Notes: generated by a model from the letters alone, not told the origin. Positions 1-8,313 are shown, numbered from the stretch's first letter. The stretch is 64,000 nt of DNA from Anaerolineae bacterium (GCA_034433515.1 DAOUAL010000004.1:48697-112696); one strand, 5' to 3'. Translations and numbers: made by a program.

Positions 1-105
1 GTAATCTAGGTCTCGCGCTGGATGATATGGCAACCGCACCCATCGTGTACCGGCGTGCGATGGAACGCGGTGTGGGGACGTGGTTGGAGTTGTGAGGAGG
101 TTGCG

Positions 106-954
106 ATGTTGCTCGGTGCGCATATGTCCATTGCCGGCGGCGTGGAGAATGCCGTCTTGCGCGGTCAGAGTGTTGGTTGCGAAGCAATTGGAATGTTTAC
201 CAAAAACAACAATCAGTGGAAAGCCAAGCCGCTGAAACAAGACGATGCGGATCGTTTCAATGCCGCCCTCGTCGAAACCGGGATTCGCTCCGTCGTCGCG
301 CACACCTCGTACCTCATCAACCTCGCTTCGCCCGATGTCGCCCTGTGGAAGAAATCTATCGCGGCGATGGAAGATGAATTGAAACGCTGTGAATTCCTCG
401 GGATTCCGTATCTCGTCTTGCATCCCGGCTCGCATATGGGCAAAGGCGTGGACTGGGGCATTCAACGCCTCGCCGATGCGTTCGATCACATTCATCGCAA
501 ACTGCCCAACCTGCGTGTCATGACGCTGCTGGAACAGACGGCGGGGCAAGGGACCAATCTGGGACACACGTTTGAGGAACTGGCGCGGATGCGTGAACTG
601 ATCGAAGAAAAAACGCGCATCGGTTTCTGCGTGGACGCGTGTCATTTGTTCGCCGCCGGCTACGACTTGCGCACGCCCGAAACGTACGCGGATGTGTTCA
701 AACGCTTCGACGATGTGATCGGTATTGCACACCTCAAGGCGTGGCATCTCAACGATTGCAAGAGCGATCTGGGCGCGCGCGTGGATCGGCACGAGCACAT
801 TGGCAAGGGGAAATTGGGTAAAGCCGCTTTCAAAAATATTTTGAACGATCCGCGCTGGCACGATTTGCCCGGTATCTTGGAAACACCCAAGAGCGAGGAT
901 ATGCACGAAGACAAAACGAATCTGCGTGTGTTGAGATCATTGATTGACGCATAG
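106..954 (+). CDS. nfo: Endonuclease IV (AP endonuclease 2 family)
   Basis: LGAHMSIAGG, HTSYLINL, HPGS, LLEQTAGQG, DACHLF, HLNDCK, DRHEHIG and ETP metal-binding motifs. Start moved to ATG 106, which follows GAGGAGG. Confidence 0.95.
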   Translation: MLLGAHMSIAGGVENAVLRGQSVGCEAIGMFTKNNNQWKAKPLKQDDADRFNAALVETGIRSVVAHTSYLINLASPDVALWKKSIAAMEDELKRCEFLGIPYLVLHPGSHMGKGVDWGIQRLADAFDHIHRKLPNLRVMTLLEQTAGQGTNLGHTFEELARMRELIEEKTRIGFCVDACHLFAAGYDLRTPETYADVFKRFDDVIGIAHLKAWHLNDCKSDLGARVDRHEHIGKGKLGKAAFKNILNDPRWHDLPGILETPKSEDMHEDKTNLRVLRSLIDA

Positions 955-970
955 AGTCAAAGCCGAACAC

Positions 971-1591
971 ATGCCTCGCCCCACCTCGATGAAGATCCTT
1001 TCAACCGCCGAAATCGAACAACAAATTGCGCACTATGCGCTTGAATTTGATTTGATCAAAGATGACGAAATCGAATGGCGGTATCAGCCGCCGGCTTTCG
1101 TTGTCGCCTTCGTGGATTATCTCGAAACGTTTCAGCGGATTCCCTCGCCAGACGAATTCGCCGCACATTACATCACGCTGAATCGTACAACATTGAACGA
1201 CGAATTTCTGCGCAAATGGAGACCAGCGGAACGCGCATCGAAAAAGCAAGCGCTTCTCGCGCGGCTCAAGCGCGCGTATCCTTCCTTTGTGCGCGATGTG
1301 TATTTGCTCGCGCTTCTCCGCGAGAATGACCTCAGCGTTGACTATGATCCCGCGCAAGATGTGGAAGGCGGCGTGGATTTGATTATAACGCATCGCGCGC
1401 GTAAACTCCACGTACACGTGTTCCTCGATAGCCCACGCTCCAAGCAAGGTCGCGTGAAAAAGAATCGGCGCCACACCTTTGCCGGCAAACATCTCGATCT
1501 TGTGCTGAAACCGACTGAGTGCAAACACGTTGGCGAATTCTGGTTGCCCACGCCCAAGCACGTTGAGCAAATCAAACGCGCGTTGGGATAG
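971..1591 (+). CDS. Putative TaqI-like (PD-(D/E)XK-fold) endonuclease
   Basis: ARLKRAYPSFVRD...DPAQDVEGGVDLII segment resembles TaqI-like restriction endonuclease families. Start uncertain (944/971/989). Confidence 0.45.
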   Translation: MPRPTSMKILSTAEIEQQIAHYALEFDLIKDDEIEWRYQPPAFVVAFVDYLETFQRIPSPDEFAAHYITLNRTTLNDEFLRKWRPAERASKKQALLARLKRAYPSFVRDVYLLALLRENDLSVDYDPAQDVEGGVDLIITHRARKLHVHVFLDSPRSKQGRVKKNRRHTFAGKHLDLVLKPTECKHVGEFWLPTPKHVEQIKRALG

Positions 1592-1637
1592 GACGCGGAC
1601 AAAATCAAAAAATAATCTGTCCTCCGTCGTTTTCCCC

Positions 1638-1791
1638 CAGGACTGTTGCAAAGTCCCTTGACAGGCGGTTAAAACCACTGCAATCACTACCCGAAGCCGA
1701 CCTGCGTCGGCTGGTTTTAGTCGCCGTAGGGCGACTTAGGGTGTTGGTTGCTGCGACTTCAGTCGCCCGATCCGACTTTGCAACAGCCCTG
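1638..1791 (+). mobile_element. MITE family A, copy 1 (154 bp)
   Basis: 18-bp terminal inverted repeats CAGG(A/G)CTGTTGCAAAGTC with 1 mismatch. Perfect 10-bp target-site duplication CGTTTTCCCC (1628-1637 and 1792-1801). Homologous copy at 27722-27918. Confidence 0.9.
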
Positions 1792-1801
1792 CGTTTTCCC
1801 C

Positions 1802-1830
1802 TTGACACTCGTTTCCGCATCGGCTATAAT
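1802..1830 (+). promoter_or_regulatory. Consensus sigma70 promoter upstream of herA
   Basis: TTGACA (1802-1807), 17 bp spacer, TATAAT (1825-1830). Confidence 0.85.
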
Positions 1831-1868
1831 GCTCACCGTAGAACGATTGTTCAATCGAATTAAGTCGC

Positions 1869-1914
1869 AGAGTTTAAGGTTGCAGGTTAAACATGAAACC
1901 TTGAAACCTGAAAC
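1869..1914. repeat. Short inverted heptamer-type repeat in the herA leader
   Basis: AGAGTTT/AAGGTTG/CAGGTTA units followed by roughly complementary TGAAACC units. Confidence 0.5.
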
Positions 1915-1925
1915 GAGGGTTTACT

Positions 1926-3716
1926 ATGGACGCAGTCGGTTACATCGTTGGCGAAGTGAGCACAAACGAATTCACATTTGTGACGAATCGCGAAATTGCA
2001 CCGCCACGTTTAGAGTACCTGGTCGTCAAGGTGCACGAACCCCATCGCACAATTGATGTATTGGCTCAAGTAACATCGCTCAGCGTTTCCTCGCGTTTGC
2101 TCAACACCTCGCTGGGCTACAGCGAAGTGGAAGCGATCCTCAATCGTTTGAAATCGTCGCCGCCGATTGTGCAAGGCACCGCCCAAGTGCTGGGCTATAT
2201 TGACGAAGCAGACAATCACAAAATCAAGTTTCCACGCCACGCCGCCATGCCCGGCACCGGCGTTTCGCTCGCGCCCGATGAATTGCTCCGCCAATTCTTT
2301 TCCGGCATCGAAAGCGGCATCGAAATTGGCACGCTCATCAATCGCGATCAAGTGGCGGTGCAACTCAATCCGAATGGCTTGCGCCGGCATCTGGCGGTGA
2401 TCGCACAAACCGGCGCGGGCAAATCGTACACCGTCGGCGTCATCCTCGAAAAACTGTTGCAACTCGGCGGAACGATTGTGGTTTTCGATCCGAACAGCGA
2501 TTACGTGTTGATGCGCCGCGACCCGCAACATCGTGTAACCTCGTTTGCCGACCGCGTGGAGATTTATCGGTTGCCCACCACGCGGGCCGGGCGCATCACC
2601 GACGAAGAAATCGGCGGATCGAAAAGATTCACGATGCAATTTGCTAAACTCGAAGTGGAAGAAATTTGTTCAATGACCGGCATTGCGCCCACTGCGACCA
2701 ACATTCGCAAAGCGATTCAAACCGTCTGGGACAAGTTGCAAGGCACCGATTACACACCGAAACAATTCCGCGAAGAACTTGAAGCGTTGGCAAATAGCGG
2801 CGAGGTAGGCGCACCCTCGATGGGAACGCCGCGCAGCACACGCCCGCTTAGTCCGGCGATTGGTGATGAAGAGGAGTTTGATCGAGCGTTCGGCAAACGG
2901 ATCGCGGAAAAAGCCAACGTGGATTGGGATGATTTTGGCAAGCCCGAACCCGAAATCCGCGAAAACAACCACAAACCCACGAAAGACAAAATCCCGTCGT
3001 TCGATGCGATCAGCGGCGCGCAAAAAGCGATCAAGTACATCGAACTGCTCGAGCGGGTGGATATTTGGGGCTATGAAGATGTACCGATGCAAGAACTGTT
3101 GCGCCCGATGACGCTTTCGGTGATTGATGTCGCCGGCGTGGATCAATGGATTTCGGAATTTATCGTCGCCAAAGTGTTGAATGAGGCGTGGGGCATCGCG
3201 GTCAATGAAGGACTGCCGCGACCGGTCTTTTTCGTTTTGGAAGAAGCGCACAATTTTGTGCCGGGCGGTCAAGGTGCGCAATCGCATTCGGCGGGCATCA
3301 TCAAACGCATCGCCTCCGAAGGACGCAAGTTTGGTTTGTTTATGATTCTCATCACCCAACGCCCCTACAAAGTTCACGGCGATACGCTTTCGCAGTGCAA
3401 CTCGCAAATCATTATGCGGCTCACCAATCCGCAAGATCAAAATGCGGTGCGTCAATCGTCCGAAGGCATCAGCGAAGGATTGTTGGCGGATTTGCCCGGC
3501 TTGAACGTCGGCGAGGCGGTGATTCTGGGTCCGCTCGTGCGCGTGCCGGTGATGATCAAGGTGGGTCAGCGCGAATCGAAAGAAGGCGGCAACGATATTG
3601 ATGTGATTGGTGCGCTAGAGCGCGCGCGGAGCGAAGTCAAGACCCTGGTCCGTGAGCAAAAAGTGAAGGAGGAACGCAAAGCGCGTGGACGAAGTGAATG
3701 GAAAGAAGCGGTGTGA
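1926..3716 (+). CDS. herA: HerA/FtsK-family DNA translocase ATPase with N-terminal HAS barrel (DUF87)
   Basis: N-terminal VGYIVGEVSTNEFTF HAS-barrel pattern, Walker A AQTGAGKS, Walker B VLEEAHNF, and RIASEGRKFG, ITQRP and QCNSQII motifs. Confidence 0.88.
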   Translation: MDAVGYIVGEVSTNEFTFVTNREIAPPRLEYLVVKVHEPHRTIDVLAQVTSLSVSSRLLNTSLGYSEVEAILNRLKSSPPIVQGTAQVLGYIDEADNHKIKFPRHAAMPGTGVSLAPDELLRQFFSGIESGIEIGTLINRDQVAVQLNPNGLRRHLAVIAQTGAGKSYTVGVILEKLLQLGGTIVVFDPNSDYVLMRRDPQHRVTSFADRVEIYRLPTTRAGRITDEEIGGSKRFTMQFAKLEVEEICSMTGIAPTATNIRKAIQTVWDKLQGTDYTPKQFREELEALANSGEVGAPSMGTPRSTRPLSPAIGDEEEFDRAFGKRIAEKANVDWDDFGKPEPEIRENNHKPTKDKIPSFDAISGAQKAIKYIELLERVDIWGYEDVPMQELLRPMTLSVIDVAGVDQWISEFIVAKVLNEAWGIAVNEGLPRPVFFVLEEAHNFVPGGQGAQSHSAGIIKRIASEGRKFGLFMILITQRPYKVHGDTLSQCNSQIIMRLTNPQDQNAVRQSSEGISEGLLADLPGLNVGEAVILGPLVRVPVMIKVGQRESKEGGNDIDVIGALERARSEVKTLVREQKVKEERKARGRSEWKEAV

Positions 3717-3887
3717 GGCGGATAGAAGACGGAAGGCGACAGATGATTGGACGCCGACGAGCGCGGATGAACGCGGAAAAAACTTTGGCAAGGCGCGTTT
3801 CAATTTTGCAATGGTTGACGCTGACAAAGCGAGGATGTAAGCAATACAAAGAAGAAAAGATGCTCTAAAGACTGACGACGAGACTAT

Positions 3888-5063
3888 ATGACTATTCGAC
3901 TAATCTGCACTGCCGATAACCACCTCGGTCGCTATTACGGCAAAATGCATGTAAAGCAACTCGCGGAACGCCGCAAGCGTCTGCGCACCGCGTTCGCGCA
4001 AGCCGTTGACTTTGCGATTGCCAAGCGCGCCCACCTCTTCTTGCAATGCGGCGATTTGTTCGACCGCGAAGCGCCGCCGCCCGCGGAACTCACCTTCGTC
4101 GCGCAACAATTTCAAAAATTGCGCGAGGCAAACATTCGCATCTACGCGATCAGCGGCAACCACGATATGCCCACGTCGAGCGAGGGCGCGACGCCGGTGC
4201 GCATTTACGATGCCCTCCGCGCCGCGCGCGTGTTCACCAAGCGCACCGAAATCGAATTTGATCTCGTCAAGATCGAAGGGCAAACGGTGGCGATCGGCGG
4301 CATCGCACCCGACCCACGTCTTGATGCCAACGCCGATCCGCTCGATGACGTAACGTACACCAAACCAAACGCGGATGTAACGCTGCTTTTGCTGCATTGC
4401 GGTTTTGAAGGTTGTGTGCCGCCCGGTTTTACCGAAGCCATCTTGCCCAAAGCACGCGTCGCCCAGATGCAAGACATTGATTATCTTTTCTTGGGCGATC
4501 TTCATCGCACGCACAAAGCCGTCGTCGAACGTTCCACCGTTATCATTCCCGGCGCGACCGAGCGGATGACCTTTGGCGAAATCGAAGAACGCACCGGCTT
4601 TTACTATGTCGAACTCGATGGCCGCGACGCCGTGAAATTGCAACATCAACCGATCGAGCCACAACCGATGCGGCGTGAAATCATTCGCACCACCGATCTG
4701 CCCCACGACACGCCCACCGAGTACGTGTTCGATAAATTGCACGAATGGGCAGACACCGAACAAATGATGCAACTCCGCCTCGAAGGTCCCCTCGAGCGCG
4801 ACGTGTACCATCGTTTGAAATTTTTTGACATCTGGCGCTTGGGCAACGAACTCAACTTTTATTTCGACCTTGATCGCACAGAGGTGAGATTGAAAAGCGA
4901 AAACGCGAAGGATAGCGGGGGAGGCGGCGAGGTAGTCAGCATTCGTCACGAGATCGAGCGCGTGGCAGACGAGTTTGCCGCGCAACGTCAAGGCGATGAC
5001 CGCGCATTGATCGAAGAAGCGCGCGCGCTGGTGATGGCGCGGCTGGGCAAAGAAGACGCTTGA
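3888..5063 (+). CDS. sbcD: Mre11/SbcD-family metallophosphoesterase DNA repair nuclease
   Basis: Phosphoesterase motifs ADNHLG, GDLFD, GNHD, LLH and LGDLH; PGATERMTFGE; C-terminal capping domain. Confidence 0.85.
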   Translation: MTIRLICTADNHLGRYYGKMHVKQLAERRKRLRTAFAQAVDFAIAKRAHLFLQCGDLFDREAPPPAELTFVAQQFQKLREANIRIYAISGNHDMPTSSEGATPVRIYDALRAARVFTKRTEIEFDLVKIEGQTVAIGGIAPDPRLDANADPLDDVTYTKPNADVTLLLLHCGFEGCVPPGFTEAILPKARVAQMQDIDYLFLGDLHRTHKAVVERSTVIIPGATERMTFGEIEERTGFYYVELDGRDAVKLQHQPIEPQPMRREIIRTTDLPHDTPTEYVFDKLHEWADTEQMMQLRLEGPLERDVYHRLKFFDIWRLGNELNFYFDLDRTEVRLKSENAKDSGGGGEVVSIRHEIERVADEFAAQRQGDDRALIEEARALVMARLGKEDA

Positions 5064-5710
5064 CCAACTCAATCACTGTTACGCAACCAACGCAACTCTC
5101 TGCAAAACAAACGGAACAGCTCCGCGCGATTTATCTCGATAGTTTTCCGTCTTACGAGCGCGCGGATTTTTCGTATTTGCTGAATTCGATTGCACGGGGC
5201 GCGCGATGGTGTTTTACCGCGATGCAAGACGATGAGATGCTAGGCATGGCAATCATCGTGCCGCATGTCGCGTCCGATATTCACTTGCTCGAGTATCTCG
5301 CCGTTTCAAATCAAGTGCGCGGGCGCGGCATCGGCGGACGATTGTTGGATGAGGTCATCACCGCGATACGTACCCGCCCCGGCACTTTGGGCTTGCTCAT
5401 CGAAGTGGAACCGGCGGATGAAGGAAACGAAGCCGAACGACATTTGCGCGCGCGTCGTCTCGAGTTTTATCGGCGACACGGCGCGCGCCTCGTGGAAGGC
5501 GCGCCGGACTATTACGTGCCGATGGCAGACCGTGAAGGCACGCTGCGGATGATATTGCTGTGGTTGCCGTTCACTGCCTCTGCGCGTGTGCCCGCTGGCG
5601 CACAATGGAGTGAATGTATCCTGAACATTTATGCGCGTAGTTACGAATTACCTCGCCAGCATCCTTTGGTGAGAGAAATCTCAGAACATTCTAATAGTGC
5701 ACCAACATGA
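5060..5710 (+). CDS. GNAT-family N-acetyltransferase
   Basis: LEYLAVSNQVRGRGIGGRLL acetyl-CoA motif A and RRLEFYRRHG motif B. TTG start overlaps the upstream stop. Confidence 0.85.
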   Translation: MTNSITVTQPTQLSAKQTEQLRAIYLDSFPSYERADFSYLLNSIARGARWCFTAMQDDEMLGMAIIVPHVASDIHLLEYLAVSNQVRGRGIGGRLLDEVITAIRTRPGTLGLLIEVEPADEGNEAERHLRARRLEFYRRHGARLVEGAPDYYVPMADREGTLRMILLWLPFTASARVPAGAQWSECILNIYARSYELPRQHPLVREISEHSNSAPT

Positions 5711-5798
5711 AAGTGCGTGGTGACAACTCGATGTTTAGCCACGTCTGTCAACGTTTTCCCATCAGTCTGGTATGCAACTATTTCATGTTGTTGCACTA
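5695..5798 (-). mobile_element. MITE family B, copy 1 (IS630/Tc1-like, TA duplication)
   Basis: TA-GTGCACCAACATGAAA ... TTTCATGTTGTTGCAC-TA: 16-bp inverted repeats (1 mismatch) flanked by TA. About 90% identical to 28395-28492 in opposite orientation. Confidence 0.85.
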
Positions 5799-5812
5799 GA
5801 TAGGAACGACCG

Positions 5813-6901
5813 ATGCTCAAGCAACGATTCAATTGGTTGGTCAATTTGGTGATGTTGCCAACCGCCATGTGGGTCGCCGCCACCGGCATCATCGCCGAAC
5901 TGTTTGACATCAACGATTTCGTTTTGCACAAGTATCCGGCGTTTGTGCTCGCCGGGTTGCTCGCCATCCACTTTTTGCTCCGACTGCAACCTTGGTTCAC
6001 CGGCACGCGGCGCTTGTTCAGTTTTTCATCGCGCAACACAACGGCGCCGCAACCAAAGCCAAGCGCGGCGGTCTCCGCCAGCATCACGCGACGCAACGTG
6101 TTGATCTGGCTGGTCAGCGCGATTGGTGGATTCCTTGCCGGCAATTTTCTCGCGCCTACCCGGCGCGCCAATTTGCCGACGGATGAAGACATTGGCGTGG
6201 TGTATCATCATTGGAGCAAGCCGGGAAATGTCTCACTCATCAGCACGATGATTGATTGGGGCACGCAACCACCGCTATTCAAAGAATATGCCGATGCGCC
6301 TAAAATCACTTTACCGTCTGTTCCGCCACGCGATGGAATGAGCGTGGAACAAGCCATTGTGCGGCGGCGTTCCGTCCGCGATTACGTTGGGGAACTCGCG
6401 CTGGAGGAATTGAATCGGTTATTGTTCTATAGCACCGGCATCAACGATCTGCGCTGGGGCAGTGGTTTGCGCGCCGCGCCATCCGCCGGTGCACAATATC
6501 CCATTGAAACGTACCTCATCGTCAATTACGTTGCCGGCTTGGCGCAAGGCATCTATCATTACCACATCCGCGATCACGCGCTGGAACAGATCCGCGTGGG
6601 CGATTTCCGTCAGACGATTGCGGATGCGGCACTCGGTCAAGAATTTTTTGCCAAAGCCGGCGTGGTGATTGCCTTGACCGGCATTTTTCAGCGTGCGCGG
6701 TGGCGCTATCAAGATCGCACCTATCGCTACGTGATGCTGGAAGCCGGGCATATCGGACAAAATATTTATTTGGAGGCGGTGGCACAAGGTTTGGGCACGT
6801 GTGCCGTAGGCGCGTTCTGGGACGATGATGTGAATCGTCTGTTGGGCGTGGATGGCAAAACCGAAGCCGCGTTGTATCTGTTAACCGTCGGGCGCCCGTG
6901 A
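5813..6901 (+). CDS. SagB/ThcOx-family nitroreductase with N-terminal DUF4405-like membrane domain and internal twin-arginine motif
   Basis: RRRSVRDY, RAAPSAGAQYPIE, YRYVMLEAGHIGQNIYL, LGTCAVGAF. Two N-terminal TM helices carry H39 and H53; TRRNVL precedes a third hydrophobic helix. Confidence 0.85.
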   Translation: MLKQRFNWLVNLVMLPTAMWVAATGIIAELFDINDFVLHKYPAFVLAGLLAIHFLLRLQPWFTGTRRLFSFSSRNTTAPQPKPSAAVSASITRRNVLIWLVSAIGGFLAGNFLAPTRRANLPTDEDIGVVYHHWSKPGNVSLISTMIDWGTQPPLFKEYADAPKITLPSVPPRDGMSVEQAIVRRRSVRDYVGELALEELNRLLFYSTGINDLRWGSGLRAAPSAGAQYPIETYLIVNYVAGLAQGIYHYHIRDHALEQIRVGDFRQTIADAALGQEFFAKAGVVIALTGIFQRARWRYQDRTYRYVMLEAGHIGQNIYLEAVAQGLGTCAVGAFWDDDVNRLLGVDGKTEAALYLLTVGRP

Positions 6902-6921
6902 ATGCGGCAGAAAGGAATGGA

Positions 6922-7551
6922 ATGCCACGCGATTGGCGTAAACACCAAAGTCAAGACAAATATTTTCGCCAAGCCAAGCGCGAAGGCTATCGCGCGCGAT
7001 CGGCGTACAAATTGATCGAACTGAACGAACGCTACAAATTGATTCGCGCCGGGATGACCATTCTCGATCTAGGTGCCGCGCCGGGCAGTTGGAGTCAGGT
7101 CGCCGTGGAATTGGGTGCCCGGGTCGTTGCAGTGGATCTCTCGCCGATTCAGCCGCTCGCTGGGGTAACGACGATTCGCGGCGACATTACGAAACCGGCA
7201 ACGCTTGCCCACATTACAAGTGCGTTGAGTGGCAATGCCGATCTGGTTATGTCCGATGTTTCGCCGGCAACGTCCGGCATTCACCTCGTTGACCACGCTC
7301 GCTCGATTGAACTCGCGCGCGCGTCGCTCCAACTAGCGATTCGCTGTCTCAAAAACGACGGCAAGTTTGTGGTCAAGGTATTTCAAGGCGAGGATTTTGA
7401 AGCGTTCGTCAAAGAAACGCGACAATATTTTCGTCAAGTGAGTGCGCATCGTCCGCCGGCAACTCGTGGCGAAAGTAGCGAGCATTACATCGTTGGTATC
7501 GGTTTTCGAAAAGAAAAAACAGAATCCACTACGGAGAAAAATTCTCTGTGA
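6922..7551 (+). CDS. rlmE: 23S rRNA Um2552 2'-O-methyltransferase (FtsJ/RlmE)
   Basis: YRARSAYKL, DLGAAPGSWSQ, SDVSP, VVKVFQG and SSEHY motifs (K-D-K-E tetrad). Confidence 0.93.
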   Translation: MPRDWRKHQSQDKYFRQAKREGYRARSAYKLIELNERYKLIRAGMTILDLGAAPGSWSQVAVELGARVVAVDLSPIQPLAGVTTIRGDITKPATLAHITSALSGNADLVMSDVSPATSGIHLVDHARSIELARASLQLAIRCLKNDGKFVVKVFQGEDFEAFVKETRQYFRQVSAHRPPATRGESSEHYIVGIGFRKEKTESTTEKNSL

Positions 7552-7578
7552 ACGCTGGCGAGATTTTGAGGATCACCA

Positions 7579-8154
7579 ATGACCCAACCAATTAAACGTT
7601 GCCTATGGTCCCTGAACGACCCACAAATGATCGAATACCACGATACCGAATGGGGCGTGCCGGTTCACGATGACCGCAAACTGTTCGAGTTTTTGGTGCT
7701 CGATGCGTTCCAAGCCGGCGTGAGTTGGGCAATTGTTTTACACAAGCGCGAGAATTTTCGTCGCGCCTTCCATCAGTTCGATTACACGCGCATCGCCCGG
7801 TATGGTACGCGCGATGTCAAGCGCTTGTTGGGTGATGCGGGGATCATTCGCAATCGTTTGAAAATCGCGGCGGCGATCAACAACGCGCAACGATTCCTTG
7901 AGGTACAAAAAGAATTCGGTTCGTTCGATGCATACATTTGGCAGTTCGTCGGCGGCAAGCCCATCGTAAATAAATGGAAGACGCTCAAACAGATTCCGGC
8001 AACCAGCCAAGAATCGGATGCGATGAGCCGGGATTTAAAAGCGCGCGGGTTCAAGTTCGTCGGCTCGACGATTTGCTATGCGTTTATGCAAGCGGCAGGA
8101 TTGGTCAACGATCACCTCATAGATTGCTTCCGCTACAAACAAGTGTACCGCTGA
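7579..8154 (+). CDS. tag: DNA-3-methyladenine glycosylase I
   Basis: YHDTEWG, LFEFLVL, IIRNRLKI, FVGSTICYAFMQAAGLVNDH..C. Confidence 0.96.
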   Translation: MTQPIKRCLWSLNDPQMIEYHDTEWGVPVHDDRKLFEFLVLDAFQAGVSWAIVLHKRENFRRAFHQFDYTRIARYGTRDVKRLLGDAGIIRNRLKIAAAINNAQRFLEVQKEFGSFDAYIWQFVGGKPIVNKWKTLKQIPATSQESDAMSRDLKARGFKFVGSTICYAFMQAAGLVNDHLIDCFRYKQVYR

Positions 8155-8171
8155 ACCGAACCCATTCCCTT

Positions 8172-8200
8172 TTGCGCTTCTCTCGACTCTATGCTATCAT
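8172..8200 (+). promoter_or_regulatory. Candidate sigma70 promoter
   Basis: TTGCGC, 17 bp, TATCAT preceded by TG (extended -10). Confidence 0.5.
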
Positions 8201-8313
8201 CTCAGCCTAGATTTCGCACCTGCGCCATCAAATAGACCACGTGGCTAGTCCAGCCGCTCAATGGACGCGCATGCTTATAGTCAGGCGAGGGTGCGAAAGC
8301 GAGGCTCAGCACG

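Noticed and set aside
3900-5072. Long antisense ORFs (also 14063-15079, 22943-24103, 60704-61675) and alternate-frame ORFs (26459-27613, 49268-50395, 62595-63797)
   Set aside because: They shadow well-supported genes and have no recognisable motifs; such frames are expected in GC-rich coding DNA.
5700-5795. MITE B peptide as a transposase C-terminal fragment
   Set aside because: It vaguely recalls some integrase/transposase tails, but I cannot support the match without a search.
5641-6192. 183-aa minus-strand ORF sharing a peptide with the ParA extension
   Set aside because: The shared peptide is simply the MITE B sequence; the rest is antisense to the nitroreductase gene.
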